From Promethearchaeota archaeon (GTDB taxonomy: Archaea; Asgardarchaeota; Lokiarchaeia; Sigyniarchaeales; SOKP01): a stretch of 64,000 nucleotides of DNA. The stretch covers positions 480,001 through 544,000 of the forward strand of contig JBHLNF010000002.1 in NCBI GenBank assembly GCA_048937405.1, given 5' to 3'. The notes under the pieces are model-generated. The model had not been told where the DNA came from and did not search any database. It saw only the letters and a list, made by a program, of their open reading frames with translations. A program made the translations under genes and the position numbers. Of this stretch, positions 1 to 9,608 are shown one piece after another. Each line of letters starts with the position of its first letter. The first letter of the stretch is position 1.

Positions 1-233
1 TTCATATTCTTTAAAAACACAGTTGTTTTAACAATATTTAAAACGCTAGAGCCAGCAGCTTCTATAACTTTTTTAACATTTTCAAGAGCTGTCCGTGTTT
101 GTTCTTTGATATCAGTTGTACCTTGATTAGATATTTGACCCGAAATAAAAATTAAGTTTTCAAATTTAACTCCTGGGCTATAAGGACCTACGATAGTAGC
201 ACCCTCAGGAATTACTTTTTCTAAATCAACCAT
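1..233 (-). CDS. ridA: RidA/YjgF family enamine/imine deaminase (3' end outside window)
   Basis: Manual translation from ATG at 233: MVDLEKVIPEGATIVGPYSPGVKFENLIFISGQI...EQTRTALENVKKVIEAAG...IVKTTVFL, with typical Rid motifs GPYS and ISGQ. Not in the ORF track. Confidence 0.85.
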   Translation of the reverse strand, partial: MVDLEKVIPEGATIVGPYSPGVKFENLIFISGQISNQGTTDIKEQTRTALENVKKVIEAAGSSVLNIVKTTVFLKNM

Positions 234-460
234 ATTAATTATAGTTCATTAAAATTTAATAATTTTTCCCTCATGCTAAAAATATTCTTTATCCTAATAA
301 TTCATCATTATTGATGATTATAAAAAATTAATAATAAGAAATGATAATTTCAATTTCATATAAAATAGATTTATCTTCTTATTAGAGAAAAATCGAAAAA
401 GATATTTGTTAACATTCTTTTTTGGTTTTAATAATAGTTAAATGGAATTAAAATAGTAAG

Positions 461-1822
461 ATGTCAAAGAAATTTTCTAAAGAACCACTCAGAGGGATGA
501 AGGATTTTTATCCTCCAGCTTTAAGAGAATACAATTGGATTATTGAGACTCTAAAAGATGTTGTTGAGAGATATGGTTATGAAGAATATAGAACACCCCA
601 AATAGAGCCTATTGAAATTTTTGCTGCTAAATCTTCTAATGAATTAGTTAATGAACAATCCTTTATAGTGGAGAAAAAAAAAGGAGAGAGACTAATTTTA
701 ATTCCAGAACTTACACCTTCCTTAGCCCGGATGGTGGCAAAAAAAAGTCAAGAACTTAAAAAACCTATTAGATGGTTTTGCATCCCAACATGTTTTAGAT
801 ATGAAAGACCTCAAAAAGGACGTCGAAGAGAATTTAAACAACCCAATGTAGATATATTAGGTGAAGAAAGTCTTTATGGGGATCTCGAAATATTTAATAT
901 CATTGTAGATATATTCACCGAATTTGGAGCTACAGCAGAACAATTTCAGATTTATTATAATAGTCGACGATTCATGGATTCGATTTGTAATTTTATAATT
1001 AAAATAGATAAAGCTAAGATACCCTTAGTCTATAAAGCCTTAGATAAATCAGCTAAGATGGAGGATGAGGAATTTGAAAAATATTTAATTGATACCTTTC
1101 AAGATGAAGTAGCCATCCAAGGAATATTAAAATTAAAGGATGCTAAGAATATAAATGAATTATTAGAGAAATTTGATGATATTCCTGATGATTTCTACAA
1201 ATCTGAAGGATATCTCGAGATAATTAATTTTGACCGATTATTAAAGGAAGTAAAGATCTCAAACTATTGTACATTTTCTTCTGGGACCGTAAGAGGTCTT
1301 GATTATTATACTGGAATTATTTATGAAGTATATGATACAGGAACAGAAAATATAAGAAGTATTTTTGGAGGAGGTCGATATGATGATCTATTATCAATAT
1401 TTTCAGATGAGAAAATTACTGGAACTGGATTTGGTATGGGTGTTTATATGCTTTCTTTATTTTTGAAGACATATAATTTAATTCCAGATGAAATTAGAGA
1501 AAAGGATTATAGTGACACAATTTATATCGCATCAATAAATGAAGATATGTCAACCTACGCTTTTAAAATAGCACAAATTGTCCGAGATGAAGACTTTCCA
1601 TGTATAATTGATTATAGATTTAAAAATCTAAAAAGCCAACTAAAAAAAGCTAATGAATTGGGAGTGATTATAGTGCTTATCATTGGACCTGAAGAATTGA
1701 CTAATGGAACGGTGGTAATAAGGAATATGGTATCTGAAGAACAAAAAAACGTTGATTTATCTGAATTAATAAATGAAATTTATGATATCATTGATCAATT
1801 CAGTGATAGGAAATTTGAATAA
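461..1822 (+). CDS. hisS: Histidine--tRNA ligase
   Basis: RGMKDF, PELTPSLAR, FRYERPQKGRRREF, RGLDYYTG and GGGRYD motifs; C-terminal anticodon-binding domain. Confidence 0.97.
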   Translation: MSKKFSKEPLRGMKDFYPPALREYNWIIETLKDVVERYGYEEYRTPQIEPIEIFAAKSSNELVNEQSFIVEKKKGERLILIPELTPSLARMVAKKSQELKKPIRWFCIPTCFRYERPQKGRRREFKQPNVDILGEESLYGDLEIFNIIVDIFTEFGATAEQFQIYYNSRRFMDSICNFIIKIDKAKIPLVYKALDKSAKMEDEEFEKYLIDTFQDEVAIQGILKLKDAKNINELLEKFDDIPDDFYKSEGYLEIINFDRLLKEVKISNYCTFSSGTVRGLDYYTGIIYEVYDTGTENIRSIFGGGRYDDLLSIFSDEKITGTGFGMGVYMLSLFLKTYNLIPDEIREKDYSDTIYIASINEDMSTYAFKIAQIVRDEDFPCIIDYRFKNLKSQLKKANELGVIIVLIIGPEELTNGTVVIRNMVSEEQKNVDLSELINEIYDIIDQFSDRKFE

Positions 1823-1839
1823 TAACAATTTTATTCTAT
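1691..1839 (+). repeat. Left copy of 149-bp direct repeat (functional hisS 3' end)
   Basis: Ungapped manual alignment to 12237-12385, about 122/149 identical. Confidence 0.9.
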
Positions 1840-2306
1840 AAGATTTAGATAAAATTTTTTTAATATACTAAAATGATATTAAATCTTCATTTTCATACTT
1901 AACTTAAAAAAAATATAGAGATAGATAAAAAAACTATAGTTATAAAAGCATACGGTTAATTAAAAAAACCAGATAAACCTAAAATTAGTATATATTAATG
2001 ATATATTTCAAATCATATGTGCTATCTTTTTCTGATTATTATCTTAAATCTTCATAGGTGCTTTTTTATTATAATAAAATAGAATTTGTTAAAAATAGAG
2101 ATATGATTACTCTTTGTGTCAATAAAGGAAATTAATTCATGAATTCAAAATATTGAAAAGAATTTTATTGGTTTTAAAATATCGGAAGAAAACATATCAA
2201 AAATAAAAGATTTTTAATATATTTATTTTTAATAAAAAATTACAAAAAAGTAAAAAAATAGAAAGATTTATATTAAACCATTTGATAAAATTTAATTGAG
2301 AGTGCG

Positions 2307-2903
2307 ATGTCGGATTCAATGTCTAATCTTGAAGAAGAATATTTTATTTCATTTAGGGATATGATTGTAGAAATTGCGAAAGGTGTTGCTGAAGCTCAGA
2401 GTGCTCTTGATGAACAAGCATTGTTGATACAACAAAGTATTAACGCAAACCCAGAATTAGCTAAGTTAGGTATACAGGCGACATGGTATCAAATACCAGA
2501 GGTTACCGCTTCTATCAAGGTATCAGTAGCAATACAAAGAAAAGAAACAGAGGCAAAAAAAGTAAATATTTTTTTCTGTCCCATCAATGCAAGTTATAAA
2601 AATGAGTTCGATTTTGATTTTCAAGGAACTAGTGAAATGACATTTAAAATTGTCCCCGTGCCATCGCCCATAGCAACATCCTATAGAATTGTTCCTGACC
2701 TAACAGGTAAATCAGAGGAAGAAGCTACTAACATGCTCAATACTGCTGAGCTTGCTTTAGGAGCCATAACCTATAAAGAGAGTGAAAAGGAAGGTGTGAT
2801 TGGTCAAAATCCTCCTCCAAACTCGACTGTTTTAATCGGTTCATTAGTAACTTTAACAATTGCAGTAAAAAAGCAAATGCAATTTGAAGATACGGGAATA
2901 TAA
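2307..2903 (+). CDS. DUF2589-like helix/beta-hairpin protein with C-terminal PASTA domain
   Basis: N-terminal FRDMIVEIAKGVAEAQSALD...KIVPVP aligns with 3393-3926; C-terminal VPDLTGKSEEEA...GVIGQNPPPNSTVLIGSLVTLTI is PASTA-like. Confidence 0.65.
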   Translation: MSDSMSNLEEEYFISFRDMIVEIAKGVAEAQSALDEQALLIQQSINANPELAKLGIQATWYQIPEVTASIKVSVAIQRKETEAKKVNIFFCPINASYKNEFDFDFQGTSEMTFKIVPVPSPIATSYRIVPDLTGKSEEEATNMLNTAELALGAITYKESEKEGVIGQNPPPNSTVLIGSLVTLTIAVKKQMQFEDTGI

Positions 2904-2908
2904 ATGAG

Positions 2909-3319
2909 GTGATCTTTATATCAGATAATAATCAAGATGAAAAAATAAGTAAAGAAAAGCAATTAGAATCATTGAGTAAGGAGGATTTAATTAAATTGTT
3001 AAAAGAAAAGGAGAAGCAATTAGAGCAACCTCTAATTACGCCTTCTGAATTAGCAGGCTCGTTTATAAATGCAATTGATACAATGAGAGAAAAAGGAATA
3101 ACAGCTAAGGAAAAACCAGTTAATTATAGAATTAGTAAATTAGATTTAAAAATAAAATCTGGTGTAGCAGTAGATGAAAATAAAAATTTGAAGTTATCAT
3201 TACCTAAAGCAGGAGAAACCCCATTGTTCGCACCAGAACAGTTAAGCACTATTAAATTTTCAGTTAGTGCTATTCCAAAAATTAAAGAGAAAAAAGAAGA
3301 AAAAGTAGATGAGAAATGA
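2909..3319 (+). CDS. Hypothetical protein, helix plus beta-hairpin (Trypco/DUF2589-like architecture)
   Basis: ELAGSFINAIDTM helix, YRISKLDLKIKSGV strand, STIKFSVSAIP end. The annotated GTG lies inside a GAGGTGA SD-like motif, so the true start may be ATA at 2918. Confidence 0.55.
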   Translation: MIFISDNNQDEKISKEKQLESLSKEDLIKLLKEKEKQLEQPLITPSELAGSFINAIDTMREKGITAKEKPVNYRISKLDLKIKSGVAVDENKNLKLSLPKAGETPLFAPEQLSTIKFSVSAIPKIKEKKEEKVDEK

Positions 3320-3392
3320 ATAATAATTCAATTTCTTATCTATAATTTTTATTTAAAAAAAAGAAATAATATAAAAAAAGGAGGTAGAAAGT

Positions 3393-3926
3393 ATGAGTAG
3401 CGTAGGACATGATCTTTTAAATGTCCCCTTTGGTGATATGGTAATGCAATTAGCATCAGCAATAGCGGAGGGTCAACACAAATTAGATCTAGTAAGTATT
3501 GAAATCGCTAAAATTATGGGTGATGTTTCCAAAGCTTACATTCAATTACCAAAAATTGCTGGAAATGATTTTGCTGGAACAGAAAATTTATCTTTAATAG
3601 CAGCAGGTTTTATTCCAACATTTTATCAATTTGTTGATACCATTCTTGAAGTGAAAATGGCAATTACAATGTCTCGAACGACTAAAACCCAAATTGGGGT
3701 GAAAGCTAAGATTGGATGGGCTTGTTTTAGTGCTTCTGTTAATGCGAAATACTCTAGTAAATATTCTTATAGTGCCGAAGGTTCAAGCCTTATTAGAACA
3801 AAAATCGTTCCTGTGCCTGTACCTCAAGTATTGGAAGAAAGATTAAGGGAAATAGTTAGAATCCAAGGGGAAGGAGCGCAATTGCCACCACCAGATGGAG
3901 ATGAATGGAGCACAGATATTGAATAA
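3393..3926 (+). CDS. DUF2589-like protein (paralog of 2307-2903)
   Basis: GGAGGT SD upstream; VPFGDMVMQLASAIAEGQHKLD...PTFYQF...KIVPVPVP. Confidence 0.65.
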   Translation: MSSVGHDLLNVPFGDMVMQLASAIAEGQHKLDLVSIEIAKIMGDVSKAYIQLPKIAGNDFAGTENLSLIAAGFIPTFYQFVDTILEVKMAITMSRTTKTQIGVKAKIGWACFSASVNAKYSSKYSYSAEGSSLIRTKIVPVPVPQVLEERLREIVRIQGEGAQLPPPDGDEWSTDIE

Positions 3927-3958
3927 ATTCAAATCACTTTAATAAAAAAAAAATTAGT

Positions 3959-4756
3959 ATGGAAAATCCCCGTAAACGTCTGTTTCCCTATCATTTAAAT
4001 GCTGATAAGATAGAAAAAGAATATCGTATTTGGAAATGCTTGGAGGAAGAGTTAAAACAAGAAAAAGAAAAAAAACTTAAAATAAATCAGCAGTTCGAAG
4101 AAAAAAGAATGGAATTTTGGGATTCAATAAAAAAAAATAACCTACTTAAGAAAAATAATCCATTTAAAAAAAAAGATAAAACTAAAAATAAACCAAAATG
4201 GGAAGAAATAAGGAATAAACAAAATAAATCAGCTTTGAATAACGCCAGTAAAAGGAACTCATTATTACATAAACAAAATCTTAAATGGGAACAAAATCAG
4301 AATCTCAATAATAAAAATTCTTTAAAAAATAGTCAAATTAGAGCTCAAAAAGAAATCAATTGGGAAAAAAGAAGAGAGAAAAATAGAAATAACAATATAG
4401 AAAGGACAATACAGCAAAACATTATAAGACGCAAGAAACCAGCAGAATTAGAACAAAAAAGAAAAGTAATCCGAAAACCTAATATTATATGGAATGAAAC
4501 TAGAAAAAAACAACATCAACATACTTTAGAGTACCAAACTGAAAAAAGAAAAAGTGAAAAAAAACATGAAAAAGCTTTATTAAAACGGAAAATAGAATTA
4601 CAAGAAAAGAAGAAAAATCAAGAAAAGTGGGAATGGAAAAGAGAAAAAGCACATGAAAATGCATTATTAAGACGAAAATTAGAATTACAAGAAGAGAAGA
4701 AAAATCAAGAAAAGTGGGAAGGAAAAAGAGATAATCTAAATTTTTTTATCCAATAA
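3959..4756 (+). CDS. Lys/Glu/Asn-rich low-complexity hypothetical protein
   Basis: 265-aa ORF in the same-strand cluster; periodic W-E motifs; 29-aa tandem repeat. Confidence 0.6.
   Translation: MENPRKRLFPYHLNADKIEKEYRIWKCLEEELKQEKEKKLKINQQFEEKRMEFWDSIKKNNLLKKNNPFKKKDKTKNKPKWEEIRNKQNKSALNNASKRNSLLHKQNLKWEQNQNLNNKNSLKNSQIRAQKEINWEKRREKNRNNNIERTIQQNIIRRKKPAELEQKRKVIRKPNIIWNETRKKQHQHTLEYQTEKRKSEKKHEKALLKRKIELQEKKKNQEKWEWKREKAHENALLRRKLELQEEKKNQEKWEGKRDNLNFFIQ
4565..4731 (+). repeat. 87-bp intragenic tandem repeat (about two copies)
   Basis: HEKALLKRKIELQEKKKNQEKWEWKREKA / HENALLRRKLELQEEKKNQEKWEGKRD; units start at 4565 and 4652. Confidence 0.85.
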
Positions 4757-4762
4757 TTATAA

Positions 4763-5194
4763 TTGTTTCATTGGAGGAATCATGGATTGAATTTTGAAGA
4801 TTTTGTTGATCTAATTGATAATTTAATTGAAAAATTTACAAGAGAAAAGAAAAAAAAATTCCTTATTCTTGAAGAATATATAGACCATGGCATTCTTCAG
4901 AAAAGAAATCCTGAATTCTTATTTGTAGTATATGAAAAATCAAAATACTTATCAGAAATGGATGTATTAGACGAAGAATTAGAAGTTGTTAAAGTGGGCG
5001 TCAAAATTAAACTCTATACAAAATCCTCGGAGCCAAATAACAGAAAACTTTTCTTAGAAATGGAAGGGGAAGAAGTAGTTGAAAAACTAAAACATCTTCG
5101 AAGATTGATCAATTGTGGATGTATAAAACCTCCAGGAACATTGTTTCGTGATAAGGAACATTATAAGATAAAGATTGATGGTATAATATTTTAA
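4763..5194 (+). CDS. Hypothetical protein (start uncertain)
   Basis: ORF in operon-like spacing; a GGAGG SD inside the annotated 5' end suggests a slightly later start. Confidence 0.55.
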   Translation: MFHWRNHGLNFEDFVDLIDNLIEKFTREKKKKFLILEEYIDHGILQKRNPEFLFVVYEKSKYLSEMDVLDEELEVVKVGVKIKLYTKSSEPNNRKLFLEMEGEEVVEKLKHLRRLINCGCIKPPGTLFRDKEHYKIKIDGIIF

Positions 5195-5253
5195 AATATT
5201 ACACTATATAATGATAATTCTCATATCAATTCTCTATTTAGAAGGTCAATAAA

Positions 5254-6294
5254 ATGAATTCATCTAATAATTATAGTATGAAATTTGATGCAAAAATTCA
5301 TGATAAACTTCAAACCAAGCTAAAACCATATAGCATTTTACTCAATAAATCATTCTATAAAAACCAAATGAAAAATACATTCAAAAGAAAGAATGTAGAT
5401 AATAATGATATGAGTAATGTTACATCTCTCGGGATGCAAATTATAACTTTACTCGGAACACAAAAAAAGATTAAAGAAGCAATAATCAATATACTTGAAA
5501 AAAATCATACAAGTAACGAGGAAATTTTTACAGATAACTCTATAATTGAAATACTTAATTATTCTGAAAATAAGGATAAAAATCAAACAATCGCAGACCT
5601 TATAATGCATCGATTTTATCAAATAATTAAAAAAAAGGAATGGATAAAAAAACCTGATAACTTCTTCACTAGATGGAAAAATAGTAATAAAATCGACTTA
5701 ACAAAAAAATTTCGTGAGGATTGGTTTAAATCAATGGATCTCTCTGCTTATGTAGGATTAGAAATTCTCCAAAATTTAAGTCTTGACTATAAATTCAAGC
5801 ATATTTCATTTTCTTTTCAGAACAATAAAATATCTCATAAAATTATTTCCAGAAGACCTAAAAAACCTAATTTGAAAAAAATTGAAGAATATTTTGTGAA
5901 TAATTTAAATAAAGGGTCTGTCTTATTATGTACCGAACTCATTAAAGATCATTTTGTATATCTTTTACAAATTCTAAATGAGGGAATTATCATTAATGAC
6001 CCTCTTGGAATTAAATTATTTGAATTTGGTAATAACTCAAAAAGATCCTATTTAATTAACAGTATGGTGATAAACAGGAACATTCAAAGGAATATTAAAA
6101 ATTATATGAAAGAATTAGAACATCGTTTAAAATATAATTCTTGCTTGTTGCAACACTTTAAAAAATATGAAAAATTCAAAGAAAAGGATCTATCGCACAA
6201 AAAACTTCCAGAATATATGGGTGAGAGAAATTTCTTTAATTGGGAAGAGGTTTATAAATTTCAAATAGGAATATTGGCAAATATCTTCTACTAA
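5254..6294 (+). CDS. Peptidase C39-like protein, catalytic Cys apparently replaced by Ser
   Basis: NQMKN...MSNVTSLGM (compare CNVTSLAM), DHFVYL and IIINDPLG papain-fold motifs. Confidence 0.55.
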   Translation: MNSSNNYSMKFDAKIHDKLQTKLKPYSILLNKSFYKNQMKNTFKRKNVDNNDMSNVTSLGMQIITLLGTQKKIKEAIINILEKNHTSNEEIFTDNSIIEILNYSENKDKNQTIADLIMHRFYQIIKKKEWIKKPDNFFTRWKNSNKIDLTKKFREDWFKSMDLSAYVGLEILQNLSLDYKFKHISFSFQNNKISHKIISRRPKKPNLKKIEEYFVNNLNKGSVLLCTELIKDHFVYLLQILNEGIIINDPLGIKLFEFGNNSKRSYLINSMVINRNIQRNIKNYMKELEHRLKYNSCLLQHFKKYEKFKEKDLSHKKLPEYMGERNFFNWEEVYKFQIGILANIFY

Positions 6295-6384
6295 TTTGTA
6301 GATTACTTTTCTAAAGTTAAAAAAACAAATGAATAGCAACTCTAAAAAAAGATAATATTTTCAGACAGAACAAATGTTCCAAAA

Positions 6385-7395
6385 TTATTTACTTAGGATT
6401 TTTTTATATACTGCTATATAATTTTCAACCATAATATCTACCGAAAATTTTTCTTCAATCCATTTACGACAATCTAACCTATTAATACTTTTTATACCTT
6501 CCAATGCATTAACGGCTTCTTCAATATTATTTACTAAAAATCCAGTTTTTTTATCGTAAATAACTTCAGACATACTTCCCCTCTTAAAAGCTATTACAGG
6601 AGTACCACATGCCATTGCTTCGATTACAGACAATCCAAATGGTTCATTAAAATTAATTGGATGAAGGAATGCATAAGCATGACCTAATAATTTATCTCTT
6701 TGTATAGGACCCACAACTCCAATGTAACTTATGTTATCATCTTTTAAATGCGGTTTTATCTCTTGATTATAATAATTTTTATCCTGTATAATTCCTGCTA
6801 TTATTAATCTCATTCCAAATCTTTTTGATATTTCAATTGCTTCTTTAGCTCCTTTATCATGATGAATTCTTCCCAAAAATAATAAATAATTTCCAGATTT
6901 TTCCCTATAAGTGAAATGATTAAGATCTATACCATGATGGACTGTAGCTATATAGTTAAGTTCAGGACAACGATCAGCATCACTAATAGAAACATAATAG
7001 GATTTTTTATTATATTTTTTATATACAGGTAGAATTTTAGGTGAAGAAAATCCATGAATCGTTGTTAACACAGGAGTTTTTGTCATTTTCATGTAGGTTA
7101 ATGGCAAATAATCAAAATTATTGTGGATAAGATCAAATTCATTCCCTCTTTCAAAAAGTTCTGAAATATGTAAGCATTCCCATACTTTTGGTAATAATTC
7201 TTTATCTTCTTCATACCCTTTAGGACATACTCCAAAAAGACGTGCTTTTGAAAGTGAGTCCTTAGTAGCAAAAAGAGCAACGTCAATTCCCTTCTTAACA
7301 AGTCCCTCTGATAATAATGAAACAAAAGATTCCCAAGGACCATAATAACGTGGAGGTGTACGCCACGCAATGGGAGAAAGCATTGCAATATACAT
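6385..7395 (-). CDS. Glycosyltransferase family 4
   Basis: PPRYYGPWE, FLGRIHHDKG, EPFGLSVIEAMACGTPV. Confidence 0.93.
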   Translation of the reverse strand: MYIAMLSPIAWRTPPRYYGPWESFVSLLSEGLVKKGIDVALFATKDSLSKARLFGVCPKGYEEDKELLPKVWECLHISELFERGNEFDLIHNNFDYLPLTYMKMTKTPVLTTIHGFSSPKILPVYKKYNKKSYYVSISDADRCPELNYIATVHHGIDLNHFTYREKSGNYLLFLGRIHHDKGAKEAIEISKRFGMRLIIAGIIQDKNYYNQEIKPHLKDDNISYIGVVGPIQRDKLLGHAYAFLHPINFNEPFGLSVIEAMACGTPVIAFKRGSMSEVIYDKKTGFLVNNIEEAVNALEGIKSINRLDCRKWIEEKFSVDIMVENYIAVYKKILSK

Positions 7396-7406
7396 TTTTC
7401 ATAATC

Positions 7407-8357
7407 TCATTTCAATTTATATTTTTTTAGCCATTCAAGTAATTCTAAAAGATTTGCTTTAGCTAGGGCGATACATTTATCAGCACTTCCATAATATAAA
7501 AATATGTCACTTTTATCTAGTATCCAACCACAGGGAAAAACAACTTTATCTACATCACCAATAATCTCATAAGACTCACTAGGACTGAAAACCCATTCAT
7601 CTGATCTTGCTATTAAATTTCTAGGGTTTTTTAAATCTAAAAGAGCTAATCCCAATCGATAAATAATTCCTCCAACTGTTTCTTTAACACCATGGTAAAG
7701 AATCAACCATCCCTCCTCAGTTTTTATTGGAGGTGGGGAGATACCAATTTTATTTGCATCCCACCAACTACCTCTTCTAGCTGGAATAAGGATTTGATGT
7801 TCACCCCAATGTATTAAATCGGGAGAATAAGAGATCCAGATGTGTGCTCCCATACCAGGACGATTGCATACTGGTCTATGAATTAATGCCCATAGACCAT
7901 TAAATCTAATGGAAAATAAAGCAGCATCTTTATTTTCAGGTGGCATTATAGGACCAAAACGATTGTATTCCTTAAAATCTGATGTGGTTGCTAATGATAC
8001 TAAAGGTCCTGCGGTTGAATATGATGTATATGTAATAGCCCATTCTTTCTTTTCTTCAAGAAAGGTAATTCTAGGATCTTCAATACCCCAAATCTCTTCT
8101 GGATATTGCTCTGGATTAGGTACTAATGCAGGAGAAGGATCAATTAACCAATTATCTATACCATTTTTACTTCTTGCTAATGTTAAATGAGAAATGCCTC
8201 TTTTATCCTCAACCCGCATTAAAAGCAAGAATGTATCCTTTTTTTTAACAGCACCAGCATTAAAAACCGTATTGGCTGGATAAGGCAAATCTAAAGCTGT
8301 TATTATTGGATTATTTTTGTGTCGAATAAAAAGTTCTTTATTTAAATTTTTTATCAT
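7407..8357 (-). CDS. GH130-family glycosidase/mannoside phosphorylase
   Basis: VFNAGA, GIEDPRIT, NKDAALF, WLILYHGV, VVFPCG, YYGSAD. Confidence 0.9.
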   Translation of the reverse strand: MIKNLNKELFIRHKNNPIITALDLPYPANTVFNAGAVKKKDTFLLLMRVEDKRGISHLTLARSKNGIDNWLIDPSPALVPNPEQYPEEIWGIEDPRITFLEEKKEWAITYTSYSTAGPLVSLATTSDFKEYNRFGPIMPPENKDAALFSIRFNGLWALIHRPVCNRPGMGAHIWISYSPDLIHWGEHQILIPARRGSWWDANKIGISPPPIKTEEGWLILYHGVKETVGGIIYRLGLALLDLKNPRNLIARSDEWVFSPSESYEIIGDVDKVVFPCGWILDKSDIFLYYGSADKCIALAKANLLELLEWLKKYKLK

Positions 8358-8371
8358 CAGATTCTCTTTTA

Positions 8372-9607
8372 TTAAAATTCTTTTTCTAAAACTACTTTTT
8401 TATCTGTTCTTTTTGCTTCTATCGCCAATTCATAAGCATAATTATATTGTTGCGCAACAATTTCCCAAGAGACTATAGTATCAAGATATTTTTTTAGATT
8501 TTCTCCTAATTTTAATCGTAGATTCTCATTACATGCTAATTGAACAACTTTGTCTCTTAACATTTTTTTAGTAGTAAATAATAAACCACCTTCGCTCTCT
8601 AAAGTTTGAGCTGTTAATCCTTCCATTGGAGCTACTGTAATATATGGTTTATTCAGAGATATAATTCTTGCGAGAGTACCTGATTGAGTTTCATCAATAG
8701 TAGGTAAAACAATAAAATCACAGATAGCCATCACCTTATAGTAAAGATCACCTCGAGGAATAAATTCATAATAATAAGCTAATCCCTTATCTTGGAGTTC
8801 AAGAACTTGGGATTTCCACATTTCATAATCCTCTTTATGGTTAGGATCGCGTATTGTCCCAGCAGCAAATAACTGCCATTCTTGTCCACTTTTCTTTTTA
8901 ATATCTTCATAAATTTCTTCCCATATTGAAAAGAGAATATCCCATCGCTTATTTGTTTGTATCCATCCTACCATTCCCATAAGATGATTATATCGATTTG
9001 AATCATTTAACCCCAATTCTTTTTTAAGACCTTGTATCTCATGGACACCCCATCTTTTATCAGAACGCGCACCATGGGGTACTACTAAGATATTTTGGGG
9101 GAGTTTCCAACCTCGCCCACGAAATGACCAATCCAATCTCCATTTTTGGTAATGACATTTAAATAAAACAACATCACTGTTTTGACAAAGCTGATATATA
9201 AAATTAGCTTCATCATCAGTGATTCGTCCATGAATTGTATGCGGTTCAACAATTATAGGATATTCACTTATAGCCTCAAGAAGCGTGAGAAAACCCTCAT
9301 TTTTGTCACCTATTCCACGTTCATCATAATGTTCATAAAGTCCATATTCATGTTCTAAATGAATTGCATAAGGCTCTAATTCCTTTACTTTATCCGCTAC
9401 ATTTCTCCACCATTTTCTACTATTGATATTAATAATTGGAAAAACTCCCTCACCTTCGCCATCAAAATGACTTATAACAAGAACTTCTCTATCTGGATTG
9501 GCTTTTTGGATAAATTCTCGAGCCTCTTCAGCAAAAGTTGCAATGCCACACAAGCGTGGAGGATATGAACTTATCATTACTATTGGTTGATTTGACAAAT
9601 TAATCAT
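8372..9607 (-). CDS. Glycosyltransferase family 4-like
   Basis: SSYPPRLCGIATF, HEYGLY, QSGTLA; similar to the N-terminal domain of 9609-11891. Confidence 0.85.
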   Translation of the reverse strand: MINLSNQPIVMISSYPPRLCGIATFAEEAREFIQKANPDREVLVISHFDGEGEGVFPIININSRKWWRNVADKVKELEPYAIHLEHEYGLYEHYDERGIGDKNEGFLTLLEAISEYPIIVEPHTIHGRITDDEANFIYQLCQNSDVVLFKCHYQKWRLDWSFRGRGWKLPQNILVVPHGARSDKRWGVHEIQGLKKELGLNDSNRYNHLMGMVGWIQTNKRWDILFSIWEEIYEDIKKKSGQEWQLFAAGTIRDPNHKEDYEMWKSQVLELQDKGLAYYYEFIPRGDLYYKVMAICDFIVLPTIDETQSGTLARIISLNKPYITVAPMEGLTAQTLESEGGLLFTTKKMLRDKVVQLACNENLRLKLGENLKKYLDTIVSWEIVAQQYNYAYELAIEAKRTDKKVVLEKEF

Positions 9608-9608
9608 T

